Below are positions 9,716 through 19,624 of a stretch of DNA of 35,944 bases, piece by piece. The DNA is from a virus. Lineage: Duplodnaviria > Caudoviricetes. The first letter of the stretch is position 1. Each line of letters opens with the position of its first letter. The translations under genes and the position numbers were made by a program. The stretch spans positions 1 to 35,944 of the IMG/VR virus record IMGVR_UViG_3300020044_000715. The stretch is one strand, 5' to 3'. The notes under the pieces are model-generated. The model did not search any database, was not told the DNA's origin, and worked only from the letters and a program-made list of their open reading frames with translations.

Positions 9716-9955
9716 ATGACAGACACGACAATACAGAATACGCAGGACTTGTTGGGGTTTTTAGTAAGTCAAGCCGAACATCGAAAAGATTGGTTTGGCT
9801 TTACCCAACAAAAGATGACTGCTGTTAGCCTTGCCCATGAAATTGCGGCAAGACACGCTGACACCATGACACCTGAGCAAGTGGTGGAATACGCAAAAGA
9901 ATTAAACGAATTATTGTTTCACCGACTTGTAAAACCCGGCGCATGGAGGCTATGA
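9716..9955 (+). CDS. Hypothetical protein (tail region)
   Basis: Tight operon packing. Confidence 0.75.
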   Translation: MTDTTIQNTQDLLGFLVSQAEHRKDWFGFTQQKMTAVSLAHEIAARHADTMTPEQVVEYAKELNELLFHRLVKPGAWRL

Positions 9956-9956
9956 G

Positions 9957-10514
9957 ATGGCAAAAATCAAGTTTGAAATTAAAGGCTTGGATAATGTCAT
10001 GCGTAACTTGGATGATGTTGCCGAGCAAATAGGCGACAAAAAAGCCACAAGCAAAATTCTTGTTCCAGCTTTGCGTGAAGCAATGAAGCCAGCATTGCAA
10101 GCCATTAGGTTAGAAGCACCCAAAGACACAGGCGCACTAGCACGGCATTTATGGATTGAAGCACGGCGACCTAGTAAGCGTGACAAGCGTTCTCTATATG
10201 TGCGAACAGGCGACAAAGCCATAGCACTTGTCACCACAAAAGCCTTTCCAAAGAAAAAGAAAAAAGAATGGATGGCTGAAAACGCACACTTAACAGGCAA
10301 GGAAAGGGCGGCGGCTTTCAAGAAGTTTGCTTTGTCAACAGGCTTTCCTTACGATGCGCGAGCAATTGCACAAGAATTTGGCTCTGCTAGAAACCCTGCA
10401 CAACCATTCATGCGAACTGGTATGTCGGCGGCAAGCCCAACTGTGTTGGCAAATCTTGGCAACATCCTGCAATACAGGATAAACAATTACAAAATGCGTT
10501 ATTTAGGATATTAA
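9957..10514 (+). CDS. HK97 gp10-like tail component
   Basis: IKGLD, APKDTGAL, QEFGSARNPAQPFMR. Confidence 0.88.
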   Translation: MAKIKFEIKGLDNVMRNLDDVAEQIGDKKATSKILVPALREAMKPALQAIRLEAPKDTGALARHLWIEARRPSKRDKRSLYVRTGDKAIALVTTKAFPKKKKKEWMAENAHLTGKERAAAFKKFALSTGFPYDARAIAQEFGSARNPAQPFMRTGMSAASPTVLANLGNILQYRINNYKMRYLGY

Positions 10515-10528
10515 CAAAAGGACAAAAC

Positions 10529-11014
10529 ATGACACGATTTGCAGAAGCACTTGGCACAAAATACACAGAACACAAAGACAAAATTTTCCACCGCAAATTT
10601 GAATTGGGTGGTCATACATTCACAGTACGGATTCCTTTTGTACATGAATCCGATGCCATTTATAAGTTAATTCAAGAACCGCCAACCGAAAGCATTGATG
10701 CCACCTATGCAGAGTTGGTAGAACCATTGCTGAAATTTAAAGACGAACCCACAAACGAAGTTTTTGAATTTACTGAAGATGATGTTTTGGTAAGTGGTCG
10801 GTCAATGCGTGAAACCGCCAAAACAAAAGTACAGACAGAAACCAAGATTACCGAATACTTTAAATTGCTTGTACCCGAAAACCCTGCACATTCTTTGGCA
10901 GACTTAACATACGCAGAAATTGAAGCTGAGTTTCCTTTGCCAATCCAGTTTCAATTTTTGGAAAAGATTGCAGAAGTTATCAGCCCAACTTATAAGGAAG
11001 CAAGGGGAAACTAA
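10529..11014 (+). CDS. Tail assembly chaperone (G-like)
   Basis: Upstream of tape measure; ends in slippery G GGA AAC TAA. Confidence 0.8.
   Translation: MTRFAEALGTKYTEHKDKIFHRKFELGGHTFTVRIPFVHESDAIYKLIQEPPTESIDATYAELVEPLLKFKDEPTNEVFEFTEDDVLVSGRSMRETAKTKVQTETKITEYFKLLVPENPAHSLADLTYAEIEAEFPLPIQFQFLEKIAEVISPTYKEARGN
11005..11011 (+). other. Programmed -1 frameshift heptamer GGGAAAC
   Basis: X XXY YYZ in the correct phase; the -1 frame reads GKLIGSLRSQ into ORF 11023-11379. Confidence 0.88.
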
Positions 11015-11379
11015 TTGGCTCATTGAGAAGTCAAGTTATAACGGCTTTAATTTTCAATGGGCATACACAACAGTCAATCAACGAAATGGATGAAGTAACA
11101 ATGGCACAAATGCAGACCATGTACGCTGATGGATTGATTGGTAACCGCGCTGTAATTGAATTGCTTGGCGTGTTAACCAATGGGGTTTTCAACTATATGC
11201 GGTCGGCAAATGCGCCAGTTTATAAGCTATCCAACATTATCGGAAATGCGTATGATTACATCTACCCGCCTTTGACTGAAGAAGAAAAAAAGCATAAAGC
11301 CAACGAACAACTGCTGGCATTTATGAGTCAAGCGCCCGGCTTTTCCGCAGACAAATTTGGAATAAAAGATGGCAAATAA
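11008..11379 (+). CDS. Tail assembly chaperone frameshift extension (T-like)
   Basis: Open -1 frame from the slippery site; no SD/ATG of its own. Confidence 0.8.
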   Translation, partial: KLIGSLRSQVITALIFNGHTQQSINEMDEVTMAQMQTMYADGLIGNRAVIELLGVLTNGVFNYMRSANAPVYKLSNIIGNAYDYIYPPLTEEEKKHKANEQLLAFMSQAPGFSADKFGIKDGK

Positions 11380-13522
11380 TGTTGGTCGCCTTGGTGTAGT
11401 TCTTGGCATTGAAACTGCCGACTTTGTTTCGGGCATAGAAAAAGCCAAAGGCACTTTAGATAAGTTTGCCACGTTTGCCATAACCACAAGCCGTAATGTT
11501 GCATTAGCAACAGCGGCAATGAGTGTGGCATCGTTGAAATATGCAGATGATATTTACGAAGTCGCCAAAGCAAATGAAGTTGCCATAGACACTATTGTTA
11601 AGATGAAAATGGCGCTTGGGCAATCAGGCGGCGAAGCGGCAAAAGCAACCAAGGTTATGTCCTCGTTTGCTTCCTATGTGGACAAAGCGGCAGGCGGTTC
11701 ATTTGAAGCACAGCAGACATTCCAAAGTTTAGGTGTTTCATTAAAAGATTTGTCCAAAATGTCTATGGATGAATTGCTTGCCAAAACTGTTGAAGGTTTA
11801 GGAAAGCAAGGCGATGCCATTACACGCAATGCAAAAGCGGTAGAAATTTTCAGCAAGGCAATGAAAGGCGTGGATGTTATAGATTTTGCAAGTGGCATGA
11901 AATCGACAGAAAATATAACAAAACAAACATCAGAAGGCATAAAAGAAGCTGGCAAATTGTTTGACTTGTTGGACAAACAAGCAAAAGATACTGCGCTAAC
12001 TTTTACAAATTGGCTAGCACCATCAATGAGCAAAATTAACGAATTGCTTGATGGTTATATAAACAAAAATAGAAGCCTTAAAGACACCATACATGATGCA
12101 GTAAATCGGTTTATACCGGGCATGATTATTGAACGCTTGCCGCAATACATGAGAAAAACACCGGGCGGCGATGCCAAGCGTGGTGGTGGTTTTGATGTAA
12201 CAACTGACGAACCCAAAAGAAAAGTAATAGAAGGCGATGCCTCATCTGCCAAACGTATTGCACAACTACAAGCCGAATTTGAAATGGCTAGAGTTATGCA
12301 AGGTATTGACCGAGCAAGACAAGAGATTGGCTTGCAAATGGTCTATAACAAAGAAACAGAATTGCAAGATGTTTTGCTTGCTTTGCAATACAGCGAAGAA
12401 TTAGCCAAGATTGAAGAAGAAAGAAAAAAAGCACTTGCAGAAAATGCGGCTAACAAAAACAAAACTGCAAAAGCAGACATTGATGCGGCAATCAACCAAA
12501 AAGCAGAAGTTGATAAATTAACAGCGGCTGAAAAATTAAAGGCTGAGTTAGCAAAATCTGCAAGCGAAAGAGAAAAAAAATCAACCGAAGAACAAGAAAG
12601 ATTAGATGAAGCAATAAGCAAATGGCAATCACAAATTGCTGGCGAAATGCGCCGACAAGTTGAAGAACAAGAATTATTGATGCAATTGGCAAATGAACGG
12701 CTTGCCTATGAAAATTCCTTGTATATGCTCAATCAAGAAGAACGCAATTTATTGATGCAACAGTTTGACTTGGAAGCAAAGATTACAGAATTTAAACGAC
12801 AGCAAATGATTGCAAAAGAAGACCCGCGCGATACAGAAGAACGCGCAAAACGTATGCGCCTGCTTGGTGAAGAACAAATTAACTTAAACAAACAAACTGT
12901 TGAACAACAAAAAACATTTGCGTATGGATGGAATGATGCCTATCGTTTATACATGGATTCAGCTACCAATGCGGCAAACACAGGTCGCGATGCGTTCAAT
13001 TCTGTTACACAAAATATGAATAACGCATTAGATACATTTGTGCGTACAGGAAAATTAAACTTTAAAAGTTTGGCGCAAAGCATCATTCAAGATTTAATCA
13101 GAATAAAACTACAAGCCCAAGCAACAAAATTATTTGGCGGTAATGATAGTGATAGCGGCATCATGGGCTTGATTAAAAGTTTTATGGGTGGCGGCAGTCC
13201 TTTTGTTGCAAATACAACTGCAATGGCTATACCAAGCGGATTTGCATTTGCTGATGGCGGCAGTCCTCCAGTTGGACAAGCATCACTTGTTGGCGAACGT
13301 GGACCGGAATTGTTTGTACCTCGTAGCGCGGGAACAGTTATTCCAAACAATCAATTAGCAAGCGCAATGGGCGGCGGTCAAACTGTTAATTACAACGGAC
13401 CATATATTGCAAGCATGAACGCCATCGACACGCAAAGCGGAACACAGTTTTTGGCAAAGAATAAGAACACAATTTGGGCGGCTTATCAATCAGCCAACCG
13501 AGGCGTACCAGTTTCAAGATAA
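11369..13522 (+). CDS. Tape measure protein (lambda H-like C-terminus)
   Basis: 717 aa helical; GKLNFKSLAQSIIQDL, FADGG, VGERGPELFVP. Confidence 0.95.
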   Translation: MANNVGRLGVVLGIETADFVSGIEKAKGTLDKFATFAITTSRNVALATAAMSVASLKYADDIYEVAKANEVAIDTIVKMKMALGQSGGEAAKATKVMSSFASYVDKAAGGSFEAQQTFQSLGVSLKDLSKMSMDELLAKTVEGLGKQGDAITRNAKAVEIFSKAMKGVDVIDFASGMKSTENITKQTSEGIKEAGKLFDLLDKQAKDTALTFTNWLAPSMSKINELLDGYINKNRSLKDTIHDAVNRFIPGMIIERLPQYMRKTPGGDAKRGGGFDVTTDEPKRKVIEGDASSAKRIAQLQAEFEMARVMQGIDRARQEIGLQMVYNKETELQDVLLALQYSEELAKIEEERKKALAENAANKNKTAKADIDAAINQKAEVDKLTAAEKLKAELAKSASEREKKSTEEQERLDEAISKWQSQIAGEMRRQVEEQELLMQLANERLAYENSLYMLNQEERNLLMQQFDLEAKITEFKRQQMIAKEDPRDTEERAKRMRLLGEEQINLNKQTVEQQKTFAYGWNDAYRLYMDSATNAANTGRDAFNSVTQNMNNALDTFVRTGKLNFKSLAQSIIQDLIRIKLQAQATKLFGGNDSDSGIMGLIKSFMGGGSPFVANTTAMAIPSGFAFADGGSPPVGQASLVGERGPELFVPRSAGTVIPNNQLASAMGGGQTVNYNGPYIASMNAIDTQSGTQFLAKNKNTIWAAYQSANRGVPVSR

Positions 13523-13531
13523 GGAAGAATC

Positions 13532-14338
13532 ATGGCAGTCCCAAATACATTTGCAACTGATACAGGGTCAATACCTTTAGCTGACCTTGATGCTAATTTT
13601 TCTTATTACGATGGTGCATTTAGCATTGCATCAAACATTTTTACTTTTGCAGATACAGTTCGGTATCAAGATTTAGTTGATGCAACAAAAATTGGTGTAT
13701 TTGATTTTTCAGGTATTACAACTGGTACAACTCGCACTTATACGTTTCCTAATTTAACTGGTTCGCTCGCAACAACTGGAACATTAACTCAAACATTTAC
13801 AGGCACTACTACTTTCAGCGGAACATTTACTGCATCAGGAACAACGACTACATTAGGTTCGGGAACAGGCTCTATTACCGCCAACGTAGGAAGTGGTGCA
13901 ACGACAAACGGCACAACAAAAGCAATTAACATTGGCACGGCTGGCGTATCAGGCTCAATCACAACCATCAACATTGGTTCTGCGGTTACTGGTGCAACAG
14001 GCATCACAAACATCAATTCGCAAGAAACAAACGTAAATGGTTTTTCTGCAACTGCGCCTGTAACTGTTAATGCGGCAACTTACCAGCATTTAATAACTGA
14101 TTACAGTTTAATTGTTACGACTACTGCGCCTACAATTACTTTATTAGCGGCGGCTAGTTACACAGGCAAAGTTTTGTTCATCAAGAACATTACCGCCACC
14201 GCAGTCATCAGCGCCACCGCCAATGTTGTGCCACTTGGTTCAGCCACCGCAGGAACAGCAATTCTTGCCGCAACTGCTGGTAAGTTTGCAATGCTTCAAT
14301 CAGACGGAACAAATTGGGTAACCATGATGGCTAACTAA
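13532..14338 (+). CDS. Thr/Gly-rich virion fibre or decoration protein
   Basis: IPLADLDANF N-terminus, INIG repeats, LQSDGTNW C-terminus. Confidence 0.7.
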   Translation: MAVPNTFATDTGSIPLADLDANFSYYDGAFSIASNIFTFADTVRYQDLVDATKIGVFDFSGITTGTTRTYTFPNLTGSLATTGTLTQTFTGTTTFSGTFTASGTTTTLGSGTGSITANVGSGATTNGTTKAINIGTAGVSGSITTINIGSAVTGATGITNINSQETNVNGFSATAPVTVNAATYQHLITDYSLIVTTTAPTITLLAAASYTGKVLFIKNITATAVISATANVVPLGSATAGTAILAATAGKFAMLQSDGTNWVTMMAN

Positions 14339-14339
14339 C

Positions 14340-15020
14340 ATGAGTCTACAAACCATACTTTCTGTCGCTGAATCGGTCAGCATAAACGACCACAAGTTTG
14401 CTGGACAAATGCTGTCTCGCAATATGCGTATTAGCACATCTGAAATTCTGACTGTGCAACCATTTATGTTCACCATTAAACCGATGAACTATTTGCAGTA
14501 CAGCACCAATCGGGATGTGCTTTCTGACTTGCGTGTAGCTGACCGAATCACAGAACAATATTTAAATTTTGGTTCTACTGGTTGGCTTAACTATATTAAG
14601 TACCAAGGCGATATGTCAGGCGTACAAGCGGCGGCTTGCCAAGTGCAAACATCCAGCGCCAACAAAACTATTGTGCTTGGTTCTTTGCCATCAATTACAT
14701 CGACCCTATACATTGTTAGGGCTGGCGACTTTATCCAAATTGACCGCTATGCTTACATTGCCACAGCAGATGTTCAGCGAGGCGGTGGTCTTACTGTAAA
14801 CATTCCAGTGCATCGTTCTTTGATGACCACAGTTAGCGTGGCTACGGCGGCTGTAATAGGGCAATTTGGCACAACAGTAGCCTTGGGTGGGTCAACATAT
14901 ACAGGAACAACTTTTCCCGTTGTAATGCGTGAATATCCAACCTATACGCTTGTTCCTATGACCAATGATTCTTGGATTTCATGGGATGGCGCATTTAGCG
15001 CACTTGAGGTTGTGCTGTGA
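14340..15020 (+). CDS. Putative distal tail (Dit-like) protein
   Basis: Position; AGDFIQI motif; C-terminal F..LEVV. Confidence 0.65.
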   Translation: MSLQTILSVAESVSINDHKFAGQMLSRNMRISTSEILTVQPFMFTIKPMNYLQYSTNRDVLSDLRVADRITEQYLNFGSTGWLNYIKYQGDMSGVQAAACQVQTSSANKTIVLGSLPSITSTLYIVRAGDFIQIDRYAYIATADVQRGGGLTVNIPVHRSLMTTVSVATAAVIGQFGTTVALGGSTYTGTTFPVVMREYPTYTLVPMTNDSWISWDGAFSALEVVL

Positions 15021-15694
15021 ACCCAATAGCACCAGTCGAAAATACCAATATCATTCGCTATGCGGATTTTGTACGCATAACAACTGGCTCTGCTGTCTAT
15101 TTGTTTTCGACAGCGCCATACGACATTACTGTGCCAAGCATTGATGCCTCGCCTTTTACTGGGTTAAGTCAACTTGTTAAGGTCGGCTCTGCACAACGAG
15201 ACATAAAAAGTACAGCAAACGAAACCACAGTTACATTAGTTGGCATAGATACAGCCAATCTTGCCTTGGTGCTTGGCGCAGACATTAAAGGCTCACAAGT
15301 TGAAATGTGGCACGGCTTTTTTGATGCAAACAATCAACTTATAACAACAAGTCTAGTTTCATGGGTTAACAATATTGGCTATGAATTAAATTGGACAAAT
15401 ACAAGTAACGATATTGTTCAATGGGAATCTAGTGTTGGCGGCACAGGGTTATATCAATTTTTTAATGGTTACATAAATTCTTTTTCCATTAGCGAACAAT
15501 ACATGGAAGAAGTGCGTGGCTACTTGGGAATGGTTACCATTAGCGCATCAAGCATCCAGCTTATCTTGCAGAACAGAACAGCAGGAAGATACACAAACAA
15601 TCCATCATGGACATTTTGGAATGCTACTGATGACAGCATGAACAGGGTTAACTACATTCAAACAATAAACTATCAATTTGGAAAAACAAATTAG
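15017..15694 (+). CDS. Minor tail / baseplate hub protein
   Basis: Position; FFNGYI, AGRYTN motifs. Confidence 0.65.
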   Translation: MNPIAPVENTNIIRYADFVRITTGSAVYLFSTAPYDITVPSIDASPFTGLSQLVKVGSAQRDIKSTANETTVTLVGIDTANLALVLGADIKGSQVEMWHGFFDANNQLITTSLVSWVNNIGYELNWTNTSNDIVQWESSVGGTGLYQFFNGYINSFSISEQYMEEVRGYLGMVTISASSIQLILQNRTAGRYTNNPSWTFWNATDDSMNRVNYIQTINYQFGKTN

Positions 15695-15704
15695 GATGGA
15701 TTAC

Positions 15705-16151
15705 ATGATAAGACAGGCAAACAAATTTGACATTGAAGCTATTGTGCGGATGCTTAAAAGCTACCGCGAACAAGCCCCAACCCAATTTCTTAAAAATGCA
15801 AACAACCGAGAGCATATAGACAAATTGCTTGCCAACATCTTGGCTGGCGCTGGCTTTATCTTGCTTGCAGAAAAGGATGATGAGGCAGTAGGCATGGTCA
15901 TTGCCGCACAACATCCAAACATTTGGAATCCTGACGTAAGCCAAGTTAGTGAAATTGCTTTTTGGTTAGATGAGGCGCACCGAGGTGGCAAGCTGGCGCA
16001 TCGCCTTTTGCATGGCTACATCCAACAATGTGAAGAATGGAAGCAAGAAAAGCGCATCCAATTTTTTGCAATCAGTAAAATGGTAAACAGTCCCGACTTG
16101 GCGTATGACAAGTTCGGTTTTGAAAAGTTAGAAGAAACTTGGATTAAGTAA
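15705..16151 (+). CDS. GNAT-family acetyltransferase-like protein in the tail module
   Basis: MIRQA start, FWLDEAHRGGKLA (motif A), YDKFGF. Confidence 0.8.
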   Translation: MIRQANKFDIEAIVRMLKSYREQAPTQFLKNANNREHIDKLLANILAGAGFILLAEKDDEAVGMVIAAQHPNIWNPDVSQVSEIAFWLDEAHRGGKLAHRLLHGYIQQCEEWKQEKRIQFFAISKMVNSPDLAYDKFGFEKLEETWIK

Positions 16152-16153
16152 CC

Positions 16154-19100
16154 ATGCCCGGTTCAATAATTGCAGGAGCTGTCTTAGGCACAACATCAGG
16201 CGTAGCTTTTTCTATGCTGTCGTTTGCCATTAATATGGTGGTTTCGTCAATTATTGCCAAAGCTGATTCGCCTGATTCAAACCAAAACAATACGCGGCAA
16301 GACCAACAAAACCCCGGCAGTCGGGTGCAAGTCCCTCCTGCTGGCGACAACAAAATTCCTGTAATTTATGGCTCTGCCTATGTTGGCGGCATAGTAACTG
16401 ACCTATCTATAACCAATGACAATCAAACGCTTTACTACTGCATGGCGTTATCTGAGGTTACAAACACCGAGGGATTAATTGCTGGTGGCGCAGATGTGAT
16501 TACTTTTGGAGATGTTTATTGGAGTGGAAAAAAAGTTGTCTTTAATGCCAATGGATATGACGTAGATTCATTGCTTGACGAGTCAACTGGATTGACTGAT
16601 ACATCTGTGGCAGGTAAGTTAGCATTTTATTTTTATAGAAATGGTTCGGCTACGCCAACAAATTCCTCATTCTTTGCATATAGCCCACAAGTCATGGGCA
16701 ACACAAATTTAACCTATCAATGGACTACTACCAAAACAATGACAAATTGTGCTTTTGTTATTGTCAAGATAACGTATAACCAAGACGCAAATTTAACAGG
16801 TTTGCAAAGCACAAAATTCCAAATAACAAATGCAAGAAAAGCACCGGGTGATTGTTTCCTAGACTACTTAACTTCGCAACGCTACGGCGCGGCAATTCAA
16901 TCTACCAACATTGATATTGCAAGCCTTACTGCATTAAATACTTACTCTAATGAACCTTTTTCTTTTACACCCTATTCGGGCGGTACAAGCACACAGCCAA
17001 GATTTCAATTTAATGGGCAGTTAGATACCACGCAACCCATAATGACAAACTTGCAACTCATGGCTACTTGCTGTGATTGCTTAATGCGTTATAACGAAAT
17101 TACAGGCACATGGGGCGTGATTGTCCAACAGCCAAGCTATGCCATAGCAATGCAGTTAAATGATTCAAACATCATTGGTGCAATAAGTGTTACGCCTTTA
17201 GATATTGCGTCATCATTCAATATTGCTGAAGTTAAATTTCCTGACAACTCAGCGCAAGATAGCTTTAATTCAACTATCTATGATTTGTCAATTATCAATC
17301 CAGCATTGCTTTATCCAAACGAACCAATTAACAAACAAACTATTAATCTTGCTTTAGTTAATAACAGCATGACCGCGCAGAATTTGGCAAATCGTTTGCT
17401 GAAAGCAGGGCGTGAAGACTTGCAAGTCCAATGTGTAATTGGTTATGTTGGCTTACAGCTTGAAGCTGGCGATATTGTTAGTTTGACAAACACAAATTAC
17501 GGCTGGACAAACAAACTGTTTAGGGTAAACAAACTCATTGAAAACTTTACTGATGATGGGCAAATTACCACATCTTTAACGCTTGCGGAATTTAATGAAA
17601 CTGTTTATTCAGATATTTTGGTTACGCAATTTACACCAGCCCCAAATACAGGATTACCACAACCCCTTAATTTTGGTTCAATACCTACGCCAAGCATTTC
17701 TACTTCATCGCCTAATGCGGCAACGCCATCGTTTATTGTTAATGTAACCACTCCTGCTGGTGGCATTACGCAATACATGGAAGTGTGGTATTCAGCTTTT
17801 GCAAGCCCCACAAGCGCACAGCGTTTGCTTGCAGGCACTACGGCAATACAAGCATCAGGCAATCCATACCCAACATCTACGCCTTTGCAAGTTAGCTTGA
17901 CTAACATTGCAAGTGGTAATTGGTATTTCTTTACTCGCGCTGTCAACAGCTTGGGCGCAAGTGCGTATAGTTCTGCGTCAACAGTCTTTCAATGGCGACC
18001 AACTACCTTTAGTTATGACTTGCAATACATTGTTGTTGCTTATGCAGACAGCATTACAGGCACAGGCATTTCAGCATCGCCAACAAGCAAAAGCTACTAT
18101 GGTTTGTATAACTCATCATCAACGGCATATAGCCCAGTGGCGGCAAACTACACATGGTTCTTGGCGCAACCGACATTTGGCACAACCTACAAACTTGCCT
18201 ACATCACTCGCGGCAGTCGTAGGTTAAGCACCGCCACCGCGCTTGCTGGATATGCGGCTGGCACGGCGGCTTATGTGCCTACTGCTGGATTTGATTCATC
18301 GCAATGGTCTGCTTTGCCTGATGGCACGAACTATATTGATTTGGATATACGCACAGGACAATTAACAAGAACAGGCACAACAAGCGTAGGCACAGGACAG
18401 ATTGCTATTTCAAACAATCCTGATGGCACTATGGTTGGCTCGCTTGCTCAGTTTCTTAACTTTGGTGGCGCACAAACTTTTACGACAACGGTTGCACAAC
18501 TGACCTTTGATATTTATGGGCGTGTGGTTGGTGTTACACCGCCTGATAATTTTTATTACACATCCGACCAATTTGTTGCTACGGCAAGCCAAACAGTATT
18601 TACGCCAACCGCAAGACAGGCTGGATACATCACAGGCATGGACTTGGTCTTTAAAAATGGCGTATTGCTTGATACGACTGAGTACACAGAAAACAATACG
18701 ACTGTGACGCTTGGCACGGCTTGCACAGTTGGCGACAGAATAACTATCGTATCAATGCGTTCTGTTGCATCGGGTAATTTTTATCAAGACAGCGGCATTG
18801 ATTATTCAAGCGGAACAGGTACAACAACTTTAACCTATACAAACTTACCGCATTTCACGATTGAAGCTGGCGACAAATTAACATTTGGAAACACTCTAGG
18901 AACAACAACAATTACCGCTGGCGCTTTTGTTATTGGCACAACGTACCAAATCACCGCAATAGGAACAACTAATTTCACTTTGATTGGGGCGGCATCCAAT
19001 ACTGTTGGGTTGGTATTTAAAGCAACAGGCGTTGGCACAGGCACAGGCACAGCGGTGACAGCACCCGCAGAATTTGCAGTTAGCACAATCAATTATGTGA

Positions 19101-19624
19101 CAAAGCAGATTGTCTTTACTGCGGCATTTACCGCATCTGCTGGCAATGCTGTGTACCGCAAGATTGCAAGCGGCGCAACTTATCGTTCATTTAGTAGATT
19201 CACTAATACGTTAACTGCGGCATCAACTTTTACGCCAACAACATTTCAATATGTATCAGGCTCTGAGTTGTTGTTTCTTAATGGGACAATAGTGAACGAC
19301 CAAGATTATGATTTAGTTGCAAACACAGTCAACAATTTTCCAGCGACTGCAAGTGGAAATTTAACTACTATTCAATGGAGTCCAAATTTATCAGGTGTTC
19401 CTAATGGCTTGCCAACAGCGGTGACAAATTACACAGCAAATGGCATTGCTGTTTATAGCTATTCATACACACCCGCTTTCTTTGATTTATATGCCAATGG
19501 GTGCTTGTATGTGCAAGGCACAGACTACACCACAGCAACAGGTACATACACGCTTATTCCAACACCAAACAATAACACCACAGTTCTTGTTCAACAAACT
19601 TTTGACGCAGTAGGAGCCGCATAA
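16154..19624 (+). CDS. Tail tip / central fibre protein (lambda J-like, host specificity)
   Basis: IPVIYG, DYLTSQRYGA, LEAGDIV, FN3-like YFFTRAVNSLG. Confidence 0.9.
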   Translation: MPGSIIAGAVLGTTSGVAFSMLSFAINMVVSSIIAKADSPDSNQNNTRQDQQNPGSRVQVPPAGDNKIPVIYGSAYVGGIVTDLSITNDNQTLYYCMALSEVTNTEGLIAGGADVITFGDVYWSGKKVVFNANGYDVDSLLDESTGLTDTSVAGKLAFYFYRNGSATPTNSSFFAYSPQVMGNTNLTYQWTTTKTMTNCAFVIVKITYNQDANLTGLQSTKFQITNARKAPGDCFLDYLTSQRYGAAIQSTNIDIASLTALNTYSNEPFSFTPYSGGTSTQPRFQFNGQLDTTQPIMTNLQLMATCCDCLMRYNEITGTWGVIVQQPSYAIAMQLNDSNIIGAISVTPLDIASSFNIAEVKFPDNSAQDSFNSTIYDLSIINPALLYPNEPINKQTINLALVNNSMTAQNLANRLLKAGREDLQVQCVIGYVGLQLEAGDIVSLTNTNYGWTNKLFRVNKLIENFTDDGQITTSLTLAEFNETVYSDILVTQFTPAPNTGLPQPLNFGSIPTPSISTSSPNAATPSFIVNVTTPAGGITQYMEVWYSAFASPTSAQRLLAGTTAIQASGNPYPTSTPLQVSLTNIASGNWYFFTRAVNSLGASAYSSASTVFQWRPTTFSYDLQYIVVAYADSITGTGISASPTSKSYYGLYNSSSTAYSPVAANYTWFLAQPTFGTTYKLAYITRGSRRLSTATALAGYAAGTAAYVPTAGFDSSQWSALPDGTNYIDLDIRTGQLTRTGTTSVGTGQIAISNNPDGTMVGSLAQFLNFGGAQTFTTTVAQLTFDIYGRVVGVTPPDNFYYTSDQFVATASQTVFTPTARQAGYITGMDLVFKNGVLLDTTEYTENNTTVTLGTACTVGDRITIVSMRSVASGNFYQDSGIDYSSGTGTTTLTYTNLPHFTIEAGDKLTFGNTLGTTTITAGAFVIGTTYQITAIGTTNFTLIGAASNTVGLVFKATGVGTGTGTAVTAPAEFAVSTINYVTKQIVFTAAFTASAGNAVYRKIASGATYRSFSRFTNTLTAASTFTPTTFQYVSGSELLFLNGTIVNDQDYDLVANTVNNFPATASGNLTTIQWSPNLSGVPNGLPTAVTNYTANGIAVYSYSYTPAFFDLYANGCLYVQGTDYTTATGTYTLIPTPNNNTTVLVQQTFDAVGAA

